From the NCBI RefSeq assembly GCF_964213995.1, contig NC_135821.1, positions 29,884,001 through 29,948,000 of the forward strand: a DNA stretch of 64,000 nt, in the 5' to 3' direction. The notes below the pieces were generated by a model. The model saw only the letters and a list, made by a program, of their open reading frames with translations, was not told the origin of the DNA and ran no database searches. Each line of letters begins with the position of its first letter. Within the stretch, counting starts at the first letter, position 1. The stretch is from Mustelus asterias (lineage: Eukaryota). Positions 49,449 through 61,900 of this stretch are shown in pieces. The position numbers and the translations under genes are program-made.

Positions 49449-52400
49449 TAAGAACATAAGAACTAGGAGCAGGAGTAGGCCATCTGGCCCCTCGAGCCTG
49501 CTCCGTCATTCAATAAGATCATGGCTGATCTTTTCGTGGACTCAGCTCCCGCTCACCATAACCCTAATTCCTTTACTGTTCTAAAATCTATCTATCTTTA
49601 CCTTAAAACATTCAATGAGGTAGTCTCAACTTCTTCACTGGGCAGGGAATTCCACAAATTCACAACCCTTTGTGTGAAGAAGTTCCTCCTCAACTCAGTC
49701 CTAAATCTGCTCCCACTTATTTTGAGGCCATGCCCCCTAGTTCTAGTTTTACCCGCCAGTGGAAACAACTTCCCTGCTTCTATCTTATCTGTCTCCTTCA
49801 TAATCTTACATGTTTCTGTCAGATCTTCCCTCATTCTTCTGAATTCCAATGAGTATAGCCCCAGTCTACTCAGTCTCTCCTCATAAGCCAATCCTCTCAA
49901 CTCCGGAATCAATCCAATGAATCTCCTCTGTATCCCCTCCAGTGCCAGTATATCCTTTCTCAAGTAAGGAGACCAAAACTGTACACAGTACTCCAGGTGT
50001 GGCCTCACCAGCACCTTATACAGCTGCAACATAACCTCGCTGTTTTTGAACTCCATCCCTCTCGCAATGAACGACAAAATTCCATTTGCCTTCTTAATTA
50101 CCTGCTGCACCTGCAAACCAAATCCCTGAGATTAATGCACAAGGACACCCAGGTCTTTCTGCACAGCAGCATGTTGCAATTTTTTACCATTTAAATAATA
50201 GTCCATTTTGCTGTTATTCCTACCAAAATGGATGACCTCACATTTACCAACATTGTACTCCATCTGCCAGACCCTTGTCCGTTCACTTAGACTATCCCTT
50301 TGCAGACTTTCAGCATCCTCTGCACACTTTGCTCTGCCACTCATCTTAGTGTCACCTGTGAATTTTGACACACTACATTTGGTCCCCAACTCCAAATCAT
50401 GTATGTAAATCGTAACAATTGCGGTCCCAACACTGATCCCTGAGGCACACCACTAGTCACTGATCGCCAACCAGAAAAACACCCATTTACCCCCACTCTT
50501 TGCTTTCTATTAGTTAACCAATCCTCTAATGCTAATACATTACTTGTAACACCATGCACCTTTATCTGATGCAGTAGACTTTGGTGTGGCACTTTGTCAA
50601 ATGCCTTCTGGAAATCCAGATACACCACATCCACAGGTTCCCCATTGTCCACAGTGCACCTAATGTTCTCAAAGAATTCCACCAAAGTAGTCAAACATGA
50701 CCTGCCCTTCATGAACCCATGCTGCGTCTTCCCAATGGGACAATTTATATCCAGATGTCCCGCTATTTCTTCCTTGATGATAGATTCAAGCATTTTCCCT
50801 ACTACAGAAGTTAAGCTAACCGGCCTATAATTACCCGCCTTTTGTCTACCTCCTTTTTTAAACAGTGGCATCACATTTGCTGTTTTTCAATCTGCGGGAA
50901 CCACCCCAGAGTCCAGAGAGTTTTGGTAAATTACCACTAGTGCATTTGCTATTTCCCCCGCCATCTCTTTTATACCCTGGGATGCATTCCATCAGGACCA
51001 GGAGACTTGTCTACCGTTAGCCCCATTAACTTGCCCAACACTACCTCTTTAGTGATAATGATAGTTTCTAGGTCCTCACCTGCCATAGCCTTCCTGTCAT
51101 CAATTTTTGGCATGTTATTTGTGTTTTCCACTGTGAAGACCAACACAAAATGTCTCAGCCATTTTCTCATTTCCACTTATTACATCCCCCTTTCATCCTC
51201 TAAAGGACCAATGTTTACTTTAGCCATTCTTTTTCATTTTATATATTTGTAGAAACTTTTGCTATCTGTTTTTATATTCTGAGCTAGTTTACTCTCATAA
51301 TCCATCTTACTTTTCTTTATAGCTTTTTTCATGGCCTTCTGTTGACCTTTAAAGATTTCCCAATCCTCTAGGTTCCCACTAATCTTTGCCACTTTGTATG
51401 CATTTTCTTTCAATTTGATACCCTCCTTTATTTCCTTAGATATCCATGGCTGATTATCTCTTTTTCTACAGTCCTTCCTTATCACTGATATATACTTTTG
51501 CTGAGCGCTGTGAAATATCGCTTTGAAAGTCCTCCACTGTTCCTCAATTGTCCCACCATAAAGTTTTTGCTCCCAGTCTACCTTAGCCAACTCCTCCCTC
51601 ATCCCTTTGTAGTCTCCTTTGTTTAAGCACAAGACACTGGTATTGGATTTTACCTTCTCACACTCCATCTGTATTTTAAATTCAACCATACTGTGATCAC
51701 TACTTCTGAGCGGATCCCGAACTGTAAGATCATTAATTATTCCTGTCTCATTACACAAGTTTATTTGGCAGCACAAGCTTTCGGAGCACTGCTCCTTCAT
51801 CAGGTGAGTGAGGACTTGTGTTCACAAACACAAACACAAGTGAGACTTCTTACTGTGCTTACCCCAGTCCAACGCCGGCATCTCCACATCATCATGACAC
51901 AGGGCCAGTTCTAGGATAGCTTGCTCCCTCGTAGGTTCCATTTCATACTGTTCAAGGAAGCTATCGTGGATACATTCTATGAACTCCTCCTCAAGGCTGC
52001 CTTGACCGACCTGGTTTGACCAATTAATATGTAGATTAAAATCCCCCATGATAATTGCTGTACCATTTTTACATGCATCAGTTATTTCCTTGTTTATTTC
52101 TCGTCCCACCATGATGTCATTATTTGGTGGCCTATAGACTATGCCTATCAGTGACTTTTTCTCCTTACTATTTCTAATTTCCACCCAAATGGATTCAACC
52201 TTTTTTCCATAGAACCTGTATCATCTCTCACTGCCGTCCTGATATCATCCTTAAATATCAGAGCTACACCACCTCCCTTACCTTCCTGTTGGTCCCTCCG
52301 AACCCCTGGACATTTAACTCACAATTGTGACCATCCTGCAACCATGTCTCTGTAATGGCCACCAAACCATACTTGTTTGCAATGATTTGTGCCGTCAACT

Positions 52401-52470
52401 TATTGACCTTGTTGCGAATGCCACGAGCATTCAGATAAAGTGCTCTTATGCTAGTTTTTGTACCTTCTTT
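49449..52470 (-). mobile_element. CR1 ORF2 (APE+RT), frameshifted, with a Penelope piece at 51757-51892
   Basis: LYLNAR, TETW, YRPP, GDFN, SDH, QHGF and GVPQGS in order. Confidence 0.92.
51772..51806 (-). ncRNA. Minimal hammerhead ribozyme (Penelope pLTR)
   Basis: Minus strand: cac CTGATGA A GGAGC agt GCTCC GAA AGCT T gtg. Confidence 0.82.
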
Positions 52471-53740
52471 TTGAATTCTATGATTAAGGGTAGCTGTACA
52501 TTGGGTAGAGTCTGTGACCTTGAGTTCCATGTCAATGAAGCTAATGTGTGAGTTTGGTCATATTGATATCGTTCATGTGGCAACATTGAGTACTTTAACA
52601 AAGGTTGGTTTTACCCTTCCTGGGCTGATTTACCAAGCTGAGTCTCTAAGTATAGTTTGACTTCAGTATTAAAAATTGCTTCATATAAATCAGAACAGAA
52701 ACTGCTGGAAACTAAATAAAAATATTCCACCAGCATAGAATCATAGAATCCCTACAGTGCAGAAAGAGGCCATTCGGCCCATCGAGCCTGCACCGAGCAC
52801 AATCCCACCCAGGCCCTATCCCCGTAATCTCACATATTTACCCCGCTAATCCCTCTAACCTACGCATCCCGGGACACTAAGGGGCAATTTAGCATGGCCA
52901 ACGCACCTAACCCGCACATCTTTGGAGTGTGGGAGGAAACCGGAGCACCCGGAGGAAACCCACGCAGACATGGGAGAAAGTGCATACTCCATACAGACAG
53001 TGACCCGAGGCCAGAATTGAACCCAGGCCCCTGGAGCTGTGAGGCCGCAATGTTAACCACTGTGCTACCGTGCTGCCCCGTGCCGAGTCTGCACTGACTC
53101 TCCAACAGAGCATTGTACCCAGTCCCACCCCCGCTCTATCCCCATAACTCCACGTATTTACCCCATTAATTACCCCTAACCCACATGTCTTGAGACACTA
53201 AGGGATGATTTAGCATGGCCAACCCGCCTAATCTGCAAATCTTTGGACTGTGGGAGGAAACCGGGGTATCCGGAGGAAACGTACGCAGGCATGGGAAGAA
53301 TGTGCAGACTCCACACAGACAGTGACCCGAGACAGAAATTGAACCTGGGTCCCTGGCGCTGTGAGGCAGCGGTGTGGACCACTGTGTCACCGTGCTGCCC
53401 CATAGAACATAGAACAACCTAATGAACTAAGTGTTATTGTTAGACCCTGAGAAATTACACACAGTCTAAATGTTTAGACATTGCAATTCTGGGCAGAAAT
53501 ATTAAACCCAAGCTCAGAAGGTTTGGAAGGTGCCTAAACCAATGGACTTTAACGATTTGCAGATCACAGTCAGCAATAAACAAGACAATTCTGTTCATAA
53601 ACATCAAAATAAGCATTGGTTATTTATCGTTTTATTTAAACCCTTTGTCTGGACATTGGAAAAATTAGTTAAAAAGAACAAGAAAAATGACAAGAAAAAT
53701 TCCAAAATCTTTTTCAATCATTTGTTGGGAAAAGACAATA

Positions 53741-53759
53741 TGCTGCCACCTGGTGGCCC
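53741..53759 (-). promoter_or_regulatory. Candidate CTCF site
   Basis: Minus strand GGGCCACCAGGTGGCAGCA closely matches the CTCF core motif, in non-repeat AT-rich DNA. Confidence 0.55.
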
Positions 53760-54344
53760 TGATCTATAATTAAATGGGTACAGGAGCCAATCCAGGCTGG
53801 GCTTTCTGTTGTAAATTGGAACCCAGGGAACTTCTATTGGAAAAAAATTAATATAAAGGAGTGGCAAAAGTGTAAGGAGAAGCATTGTGGATGTTGTAGA
53901 GTTGTTTAGCGTCTCACTAAGAGGCCTGGAGGCATGTGTATTTGAACTTAGTGTGTTCATTAACAGCCCATACATCTTCAAGATACAGACAGTCCTGTCT
54001 AGGTGTTGTCCTCTTGCTGCCTTCTCCGAGACTCTCTCTGCACACAGTCCACTGTCTCATGACTCTCTACATTGGATCCCCAGTCCCACATTAACCCTTG
54101 CTAACCTGAAGATTTATACAACAGCAGACAATCTGTATGTACAATCCCGAGAATGTCAATGGAGATTTATCCCCATGGAGAGGGTGAGGGAGGCACTGCT
54201 TATTTCCCAGAAGCCATTGGAATACTCTTCACTAAGGACATCTTGTATGAATTCCTTTCTAAATCGCTTGAGAAAGAAGTGCAGTCGCCAACCCCACTTC
54301 AACCCCTCAGCAGCTAATCACCCTTTCCCCATTAACTTAGAGTC

Positions 54345-55362
54345 ATAGAAAGTCATAGAGGTTTACAGCATGGAAACAGGCCCTTCGGCCCAACTTTCTC
54401 ATGCCGTCCTTTTTTTTTAAAACCCCCAAGCTAATTGCCCGCATTTGGCCCATATCCCTCGATACCCATCGTACCCATGTGACTATCCAAATGCTTTTTA
54501 AAAGACAAAATTGTACCCGCCTCTACTACTACCTCTGGCAGCTTGTTCCAGACACTCACCACCCTCTGTGTGAAAAAATTGCTCCTCTGGACACTTTTGT
54601 ATCTCTCCCCTCTCACCTTAAACCTGTGCCCTCTAGTTTTAGACTTCCATACCTTTGGGAAAAGTTATTGACTATCTACCTTATCTATTTCCCTCATTAT
54701 TTTATAGACCTCTATAAGGTCACCCCTCAGCCTCCTACGCTCCAGAGAAAAAAGTCCCAGTCTATTCAGCCTCTCCTTATAACTCAATCCATCAAGTCCC
54801 GGTAGCATCCTGGTAAATCTTTTCTGCACTCTTTCTAGTTTAATAATATCCTTTCTATAATAGGGTGACCCGAGCTGTACACAGTATTCCAAGTGTGGCC
54901 TTACCAATGTTTTGTACAACTTCAACAAGACGTCCCAACTCCTGTATTCAATGTTCTGACCAATGAAACAAAGCATGCTGAATGCCTTCTTCACCACTCT
55001 GTCCACCTGTGACTCCACTTTCAAGGAGCTATGAACATGGACCCCTAGATCTCTTTGTTCTGTAACTCTCCCCAATGCCCTACCATTAACTGAGTAAGTC
55101 CTGCCCTGGTTCAATCTACCAAAATGCATCACCTCGCATTTGTCTAAATTAAACTCCATCTGCCATTCATCAGCCCACTGGCCCAATTGATCAAGATCCC
55201 GTTGCAATTGGAGATACCTTTCTTCACTGTCCACTATGCCACCAATCTTGGTGTCATCTGCAAACTTACTAACCATGCCCCCTATATTCTCATCCAAATC
55301 ATTAATATAAATGACAAATAACAGTGGGCCCAGCACTGATCCCTGGGGCACACCGCTGGTCA
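54345..55362 (-). mobile_element. 5'-truncated CR1 RT
   Basis: TSGVPQGS and FADD motifs; tail present. Confidence 0.92.
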
Positions 55363-55494
55363 TTTCTACACTTCTTGTAACACTTTTCTATCATGCTCTG
55401 TCTGTCATTTCATTTTGGTCAACTCTGTCTGCCAATACTGTTTGTCTTGTCTGTTTAATATATTATGTAAAAACTTCCTATTTATAATAGTGAG

Positions 55495-55818
55495 GCAGCA
55501 GGGTGGCACAGTGGGTTAGCACTGCTGCCTCACAACGCCAGGGACCCGGGTTCGATTCCCAGCTTGGGTCACTGTCTGTGTGGAGTCTGCACATTCTCCC
55601 CGTGTCTGCGTGGGTTTCCTCCGGGTGCTCCGGTTTCCTCCCACACTCCAAAGATGTGTGGGTTCGGTGGATTGGCCATGCTAAATTGCCCCTTAGTGTC
55701 AGGGGGACTAGCTGGGGTAAATGCATAGGGTTGTGGGGTTAGGGCCTGGGTGGGATTGCGGTCAGCTCAAACTCGATGGGCCGAATGGCCTCCTTCTGCA
55801 CTGTAGGGATTCTATGAT
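55495..55818 (+). mobile_element. HE1-like SINE with CR1-type tail. Further copies at about 1526-1700(-), 15030-15330(-), 16575-16897(-), 17271-17605, 20710-21040, 30737-31072, 38945-39190(-), 39302-39646(-), 40430-40736(-), 46780-47075(-), 47852-48505, 52735-53400(-, two) and 56287-56633(-)
   Basis: Shared head, core and GGGCCGAATGGCC...TTCTATGA tail. Confidence 0.88.
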
Positions 55819-56970
55819 AATATATCTGGCAGATGGAGTTCAATGTGGAGAAATACGAGGTCACTACAAATCACCGAATGGTCAGGTACAAAATAAATCA
55901 GAACGAACGTTAGCCTTTATCTCAGATTAATCCAATCATGTTTTTTATTCTTCGATGAGATGTTGGGGTACCACTGGCCAGGCCAGCATTTGTTACCAAA
56001 ACCAAATTACCCTTGAACTGAGGGGCTTGTTCACTGCTGTGGGCCTGGAGTCACATGATGGAATTTCACAACATGGCAACAGCACATTCCAAACTCACTC
56101 ATGCATTGAGTTTAAGTTCCACAATTGAACTCCTGTCCAGGGGGCATTAGTCCAGGCCACTGAATTACTGCTCCAGTAATATCACCCGTATACCACCATC
56201 ACCCCACTGCTGTGTATATGCACTCTGTGACAACATTGGCTCCTCTGTTTCCAACATTACAATGACATTTAATAGTATGTAACTGAAATCATAGAAATCA
56301 TAGAAACCCTACAGTACAGAAAGAGGCCATTCGGCCCATCGAGGCTGCACCGGCCGCAATCCCACCCAGGCCCTACCCCCATCCCTACATATTTTACCCA
56401 CTAATCCCTCTAACCTACGCATCTCAGAACACTAAGGGGCAATTTTAGCATGGCCAATCCACCTAACCCACACATCTTTGGAGTGTGGGAGGAAACCGGA
56501 GCACCCGGAGGAAACCCACGCAGACACGGGGAGAATGTGCAAACTCCACACAGATAGTGACCCAAGCCAGGAATCGAACCCAGGTCCCTGGAGCTGTGAA
56601 GCAGCAGTGCTAACCACTGTGCTACCGTGCCGTCCGGTACTGGTTTTAATTAATCACCATCCTGGGGTTGCGAAAAACACTAAATAAAATTGAAAAGAAT
56701 GTTCCATCAATATGAATTTATGAGCATTTAGAGAGGTTTAGTATGCTCAAGAATACTCAGCATGGCTTTGTCAAGGGCAGATCGTGCCTTACGAGCCTGG
56801 TGGAGTTCTTCGAAAATGTGACTAAACACATTGACGAAGGGAAAGTGGTAGATGTGGTTTATATAGATTTTAGCAAGGCGTTCGATAAGGTCCCCCATGC
56901 AAGGCTTCTAGAAAAAGTGAGAGGGCACGGGATCCAAGGGGCTGCTGCCCTGTGGATCCAGAACTGGCTT

Positions 56971-57658
56971 GATGCCATCATCTCACGTGAGAACACCATC
57001 TACCAGGTACACGGTACATACTCTTGCAACTCGGCCAACGTTGTCTGCCTGATACGCTGCAGGAAAGGATGTCCCGAGGCATGGTACATTGGGGAAACCA
57101 TGCAGACACTACGACAACGGATGAATGAACACTGCTCGACAATCACCAGGCAAGACTGTTCTCTTCCTGTGGGGGAGCACTTCAGCAGTCACGGGCATTC
57201 AGCCTTGGATCTTCAGGTAAACGTTCTCCAAGGCGGCCTTCACGACACACGACAGCGCAGAGTCGCTGAGCAGAAACTGATAGCCAAGTTCCGCACACAT
57301 GAGGACGGCCTAAACCGGGATGTTGGATTTATGTCACATTATCAATAACCCCCACAGCTTTCCCCCTGATCTTGCAGAATCTTACTAGCTGTTCTGTCTG
57401 GAGACAATACACATCTCTTTAACCTGTGTTTAATGTTCCCTCCACCCACATTGTCTGTACCTTTAAGACCTGGCTGGTTGTAGAGATTTGCATTCTAATT
57501 AGTATTCTGTAACTTGATTTCTGTGTCTCTGTGCACTGTTGGAGAACAGATATCCACTCCATCTGACGAAGGGGCAGCGCTCCGAAAGCTTATGGTATTT
57601 GCTACCAAATAAACCTGTTGGACTTTAACCTGGTGTTGTGAGACTTCTTACTGTGCTT
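56971..57658 (+). mobile_element. Penelope-like 3' fragment (GIY-YIG + pLTR)
   Basis: Same GIY-YIG peptide as 761-1236, with the pLTR ending in CTTACTGTGCTT. Confidence 0.93.
57559..57595 (+). ncRNA. Minimal hammerhead ribozyme (Penelope pLTR)
   Basis: ccat CTGACGA A GGGGC agc GCTCC GAA AGCT T atgg. Confidence 0.82.
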
Positions 57659-58957
57659 GCCCAAAGGAGGCAGAGAGTGGGTATAGATGGGTCTTTTTCT
57701 AAATGGAGGTCGGTCACTAGTGGTGTGCTCCAGGGAACTGTTCTGGGACCCTTGCTGTTTGTCATTTTCATAAATGACCTGGATGAGGAAGTGGAGGGAT
57801 GGGTTGGTAAGTTTGCCGACGACACGAAGGTTGGTGGGGTTGTGGATAGTCTGGAGGGATGTCAGAAGTTACAGAGGGACTTAGATAGGATGCAAGACTG
57901 GGCGGAGAAGTGGCAGATGAACTTCAACCCAAATGAATGCATAGTGGTCCATTTTGGCAGGTCAAATGGGATGAAGGGGTACAATATAAAGGGAAAGACA
58001 TTTAGTACTGTAGAGGATCAGAAGGACCTTGGGGTCCGGGTCCATAGGACTCTAAAATCGGCCCCGCAGGTGGAGGAGGTGGTTAAGAAGGCGTATGGTG
58101 TGCTGGCCTTTATCAATCGAGGGATTGAGTTTAGGAGTCCAGGGATAATGATGCAGCTATATAAGACCCTCGTCAGACCCCACTTGGAGTACTGTACTCA
58201 GTTCTGGTCGCCTCATTACAGGAAGGATGTGGAAAAGATTGAAAGGGTGCAGAGGAGATTTACAAGGATGTTGCCTGGATTGAGTGGCATGCCTTATGAG
58301 GATAGGCTGAGGGAGCTCGGTCTTTTCTCCTTGGAGAGACGTAGGATGAGAGGAGACCTAATAGAGGTATATAAGATGTTGAGAGGCATAGATCGGGTGG
58401 ACTCTCAGAGGCTTTTTCCCAGGGTGGAAATGGCTGCTACGAGAGGACACAGGTTTAAGGTGCTGGGGGGTAGGTACAGGGGAAATGTTAGGGGGAAGTT
58501 TTTCACACAGAAGGTGGTGGGTGAGTGGAATCGGCTGCCGTCAGTGGTGGTGGAGACAAACTCAATAGGGTCTTTTAAGAGACTCCTGGATGAGTACATG
58601 AGACTTAATAGGATGGAGGGTTATAGGTAGGCCTAAAAGGTAGGGATATGTTCGGCACAACTTGTGGGGCCGAAGGGCCTGTTTTGTGCTGTAGTTCTTC
58701 TATGTTTCTATGTTTCTATGAATGTATGCGTCGGGAAACAGGTAGTTTAGGTGATCTATATTTGTATTGTTAAATATTAGAAATAAAGTATCGACTTAAG
58801 TGGATTGAATTTAATGGCTTTGTGTAAGAAGAGTGAAATTCTAGTTAGATTGATGGGTTTTAGTTCGTTCAAACTGTGTTTCTATTGTGCTTAGAGAGGG
58901 TTTTGGTATGAAAAGTAAATAAAAGCTTGCAGAAGGAAAGATTGGTTGCTAAGTAAC

Positions 58958-61900
58958 TGTGGTGAACCATCGTTGGTTCACCATTGGGGGTTGTTATTAT
59001 GTTACTGTTGGGCTAGGGTGTTGTTACTGTGGGGGTTGTACTATGTTGTTGGGTTAGGGTGTTTACCTGTTATAAGTGTTACCATGGCACATTCCAGTGG
59101 GGTCCCGCCTCCGGTGGCGAGGTATAAGACCCTCTGCTCCGGCAGGACCCCTTCAGTCTGAACTGGTGTATTCGTGTTAGTAGTTCCATTGTTACACAAT
59201 AAAAGCCTTCAATATCGAAGCCTTGGTTCCACGTGCTTAATTGTCGCGCATCAATTTTATTGTGTAACAGAAAACTCGCAGCTGTACAAAAAAAAAGAGT
59301 ATGGAACAGATCTTAAAACCGGATCGTCTGGCACTGGACCCACGTACGGTCGGTGCCGCTAACACATTCGACCATTGGTGGAAGTGTTTCGAGGACTACC
59401 TGGCAGCCTCTGTAGCTATCACTACAGATAGTGATAAACTCCAGGTCCTCCACGCAAGGGTAAGCGACATGATTTATCTCGCCATTCGTGCAGCTCCCAC
59501 TTACCCGAGGGCCGTTGAGCTCCTAAAAAAACGATACACGAAGCCACCCAACGAGATACACGCTCGTTACCTCCTCGCTACACGACGTCGGCAGTCGGGC
59601 GAAACCATGGAGGACTACGCCAATGAGCTCCTGCAGCTTGCCAGGGGTTGCGATTGTAGAGACGTATCAGCCGAACAATATATGTACGACCTCGCCCGAG
59701 ACGCGTTCGTAGCAGGGGTAGGGTCCTCGTACATCAGGCTTCAATTGCTGGAAAAGGGGAACCTCGACTTGACCCAAGCAATGGAGATGGCTGGGATGCT
59801 GGAAGCGGCGTCGAAGAGCTTGGCGCTGTACCCCGAGGACCACGTGCAGTCAACGTGGCAGGAGCAAGCTCAGCTCCCTCCTCGCCCCGCTAACCCGCGC
59901 TCCCAGATCGATCCGACGACGGCGGCAGCTCCAGGTGGCCAGCGATGCTATTTTTGTGGTGGGGCCAAGCATCCACGGCAACAGTGTCCGGCAAGAACGG
60001 CAATCTGCAGCCAGTGCGGTAAAAAAGGCCACTACGGCAAAGTCTGCAGGTCAAAGTCTAAAAACGGCAGTGCAGCTTGTAACCCTCCAGAACGGAGACA
60101 ATCTCCTTCGGCGTTGCAGTACCCACGAGGTCCGACCACGTGCGAACCCAGGACGGCGCCATCGTGGCTGACGGAGGAGGAGGAAGACCACCAGGAGTCG
60201 CTGCGTTTGGCGCCCTCGCCCACGTGCGATTCATGGGGGCAGCCATCATGGTCCACGACGACTAGGAGCGACCAGCAGGGGTCCTCAGCATCAACATCGG
60301 CGGCATGCAGTGACGCCCAGGGGCCAACGGTGGCGTCGATCTCCCTAGACCAGACCAAGCACTACAGGCTTGAGAATTCCATGATGGATATAAAGGTAAG
60401 TGGTCGAACTGTGAATTGTCTGTTTGACAGTGGGAGCACCGAAAGTTTCATACACCCTGAAACTGCTAAAAGGTGTGGACTCCGGGTTCTCCCTGCCAAG
60501 CAGACAATTTCCATGGCATCACGGTCCCGGTCTGTACCGATCCAAGGACGATGTATGGTAACTCTTGAGGTACAGGGCACAATTTACGAGCAATACAGGC
60601 TCCTTGTGTTACCTCACCTTTGTGCGCCAATTCTCCTCGGACTAAATTTTATGGTCCACATGAAGAGTGTGATCCTACAGTACGGTGGGCCACTCCCTTC
60701 ACTGGCAGTAGGGAATCAGCTGCAGCCTCCAAATTGCCCAAAGCGCCCCGCATGCAATCTATCCACCTTGAAAATCACTACACCGTCCCTCTTTAAGAAT
60801 CTGGTACCTGGCTGCAAGCCCATCGCTACTAAAAGTAGGCGTTACAGCGCTGAGGACCGGATCTTTATTAGATCTGAGGTTCAGCGGCTCCTCAAGGAAG
60901 GGATCATACAGGCCAGTGCTAGTCCGTGGAGAGCGCAGGTCGTGGTAGTCAAAAGCGGGAACAAACCTCGGATGGTCATCGACTATAGTCAGACCATTAA
61001 TCGTTATACGCAGCTGGATGCGTATCCTCTCCCGCGCATTTCTGATATGGTCAATCAGATTGCGCAGTACCGAGTGTTCTCTACCATAGACCTTAAGTCC
61101 GCCTACCATCAACTCCCCATCCGCCCAGAGGACCGACAATATACGGCTTTTGAGGCGGATGGTCGTCTGTACCAATTCCTCAGGGTTCCATTTGGTGTCA
61201 CCAATGGGGTCTCGGTCTTCCAGCGTGCTATGGACCGAATGGTGGACCAGAACGGGTTGCGGGCTACCTTCCCGTACCTGGATAACGTCACCATCTGCGG
61301 CCATGACCAGCAGGACCACGACACGAATCTCCAACACTTTCTGCGCACTGCATCTCGCCTGAATCTGACCTATAACAGGGAGAAGTGCGTATTCCGTACG
61401 CGCAGGTTAGCCATCCTCGGATACGTGGTGGAAAACGGGGTCATTGGCCCTGATCCAGACCGTATGCGCCCACTTACTGAACTTCCCTTGCCCGCTAGCA
61501 CGAAAGCACTGAGGAGATGCCTCGGGTTCTTTTCGTACTATGCACAGTGGGTCCCCAACTACGCGGACAAAGCTCGTCCGCTCATTAAGTCCACGACCTT
61601 CCCACTTACGCCGGAGGCCCAATTGGCCTTCAAGGTTTTGAAAAGCGACATCTCGAAAGCCACGATGCACGCGGTGGATGAATCCATCCCTTTCCAGGTG
61701 GAGAGTGATGCATCTGATTTCGCCCTAGCCGCCACACTAAACCAGGCAGGCAGGTCCGTCGCGTTCTTTTCCCGCACCCTTCAAGGCCCCGAAATTCGGC
61801 ACTCAGCGGTGGAGAAGGAGGCTCAGGCCATTGTGGAGGCAGTCAGACACTGGCGCCATTACCTGGCTGGGAAGCGGTTCACCCTGATCACGGATCAACG

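Larger units (their letters stand above)
56715..58720 (+). mobile_element. CR1 RT split by a Penelope insertion
   Basis: WIQNWL|AQRRQR is contiguous once 56971-57658 is removed. Confidence 0.92.

Noticed and set aside
53887-54348. 153-aa ORF in non-repeat DNA
   Set aside because: No recognisable motif, GTG start and no convincing splice context.
10449-56633. Many tRNA-like A/B-box motifs and recurring MAQWLALLPHS ORFs
   Set aside because: These are SINE heads, not tRNA or protein genes.
56743-57348. 201-aa RT/GIY-YIG fusion ORF as a novel protein
   Set aside because: An accidental in-frame junction of a Penelope fragment inserted in a truncated CR1.
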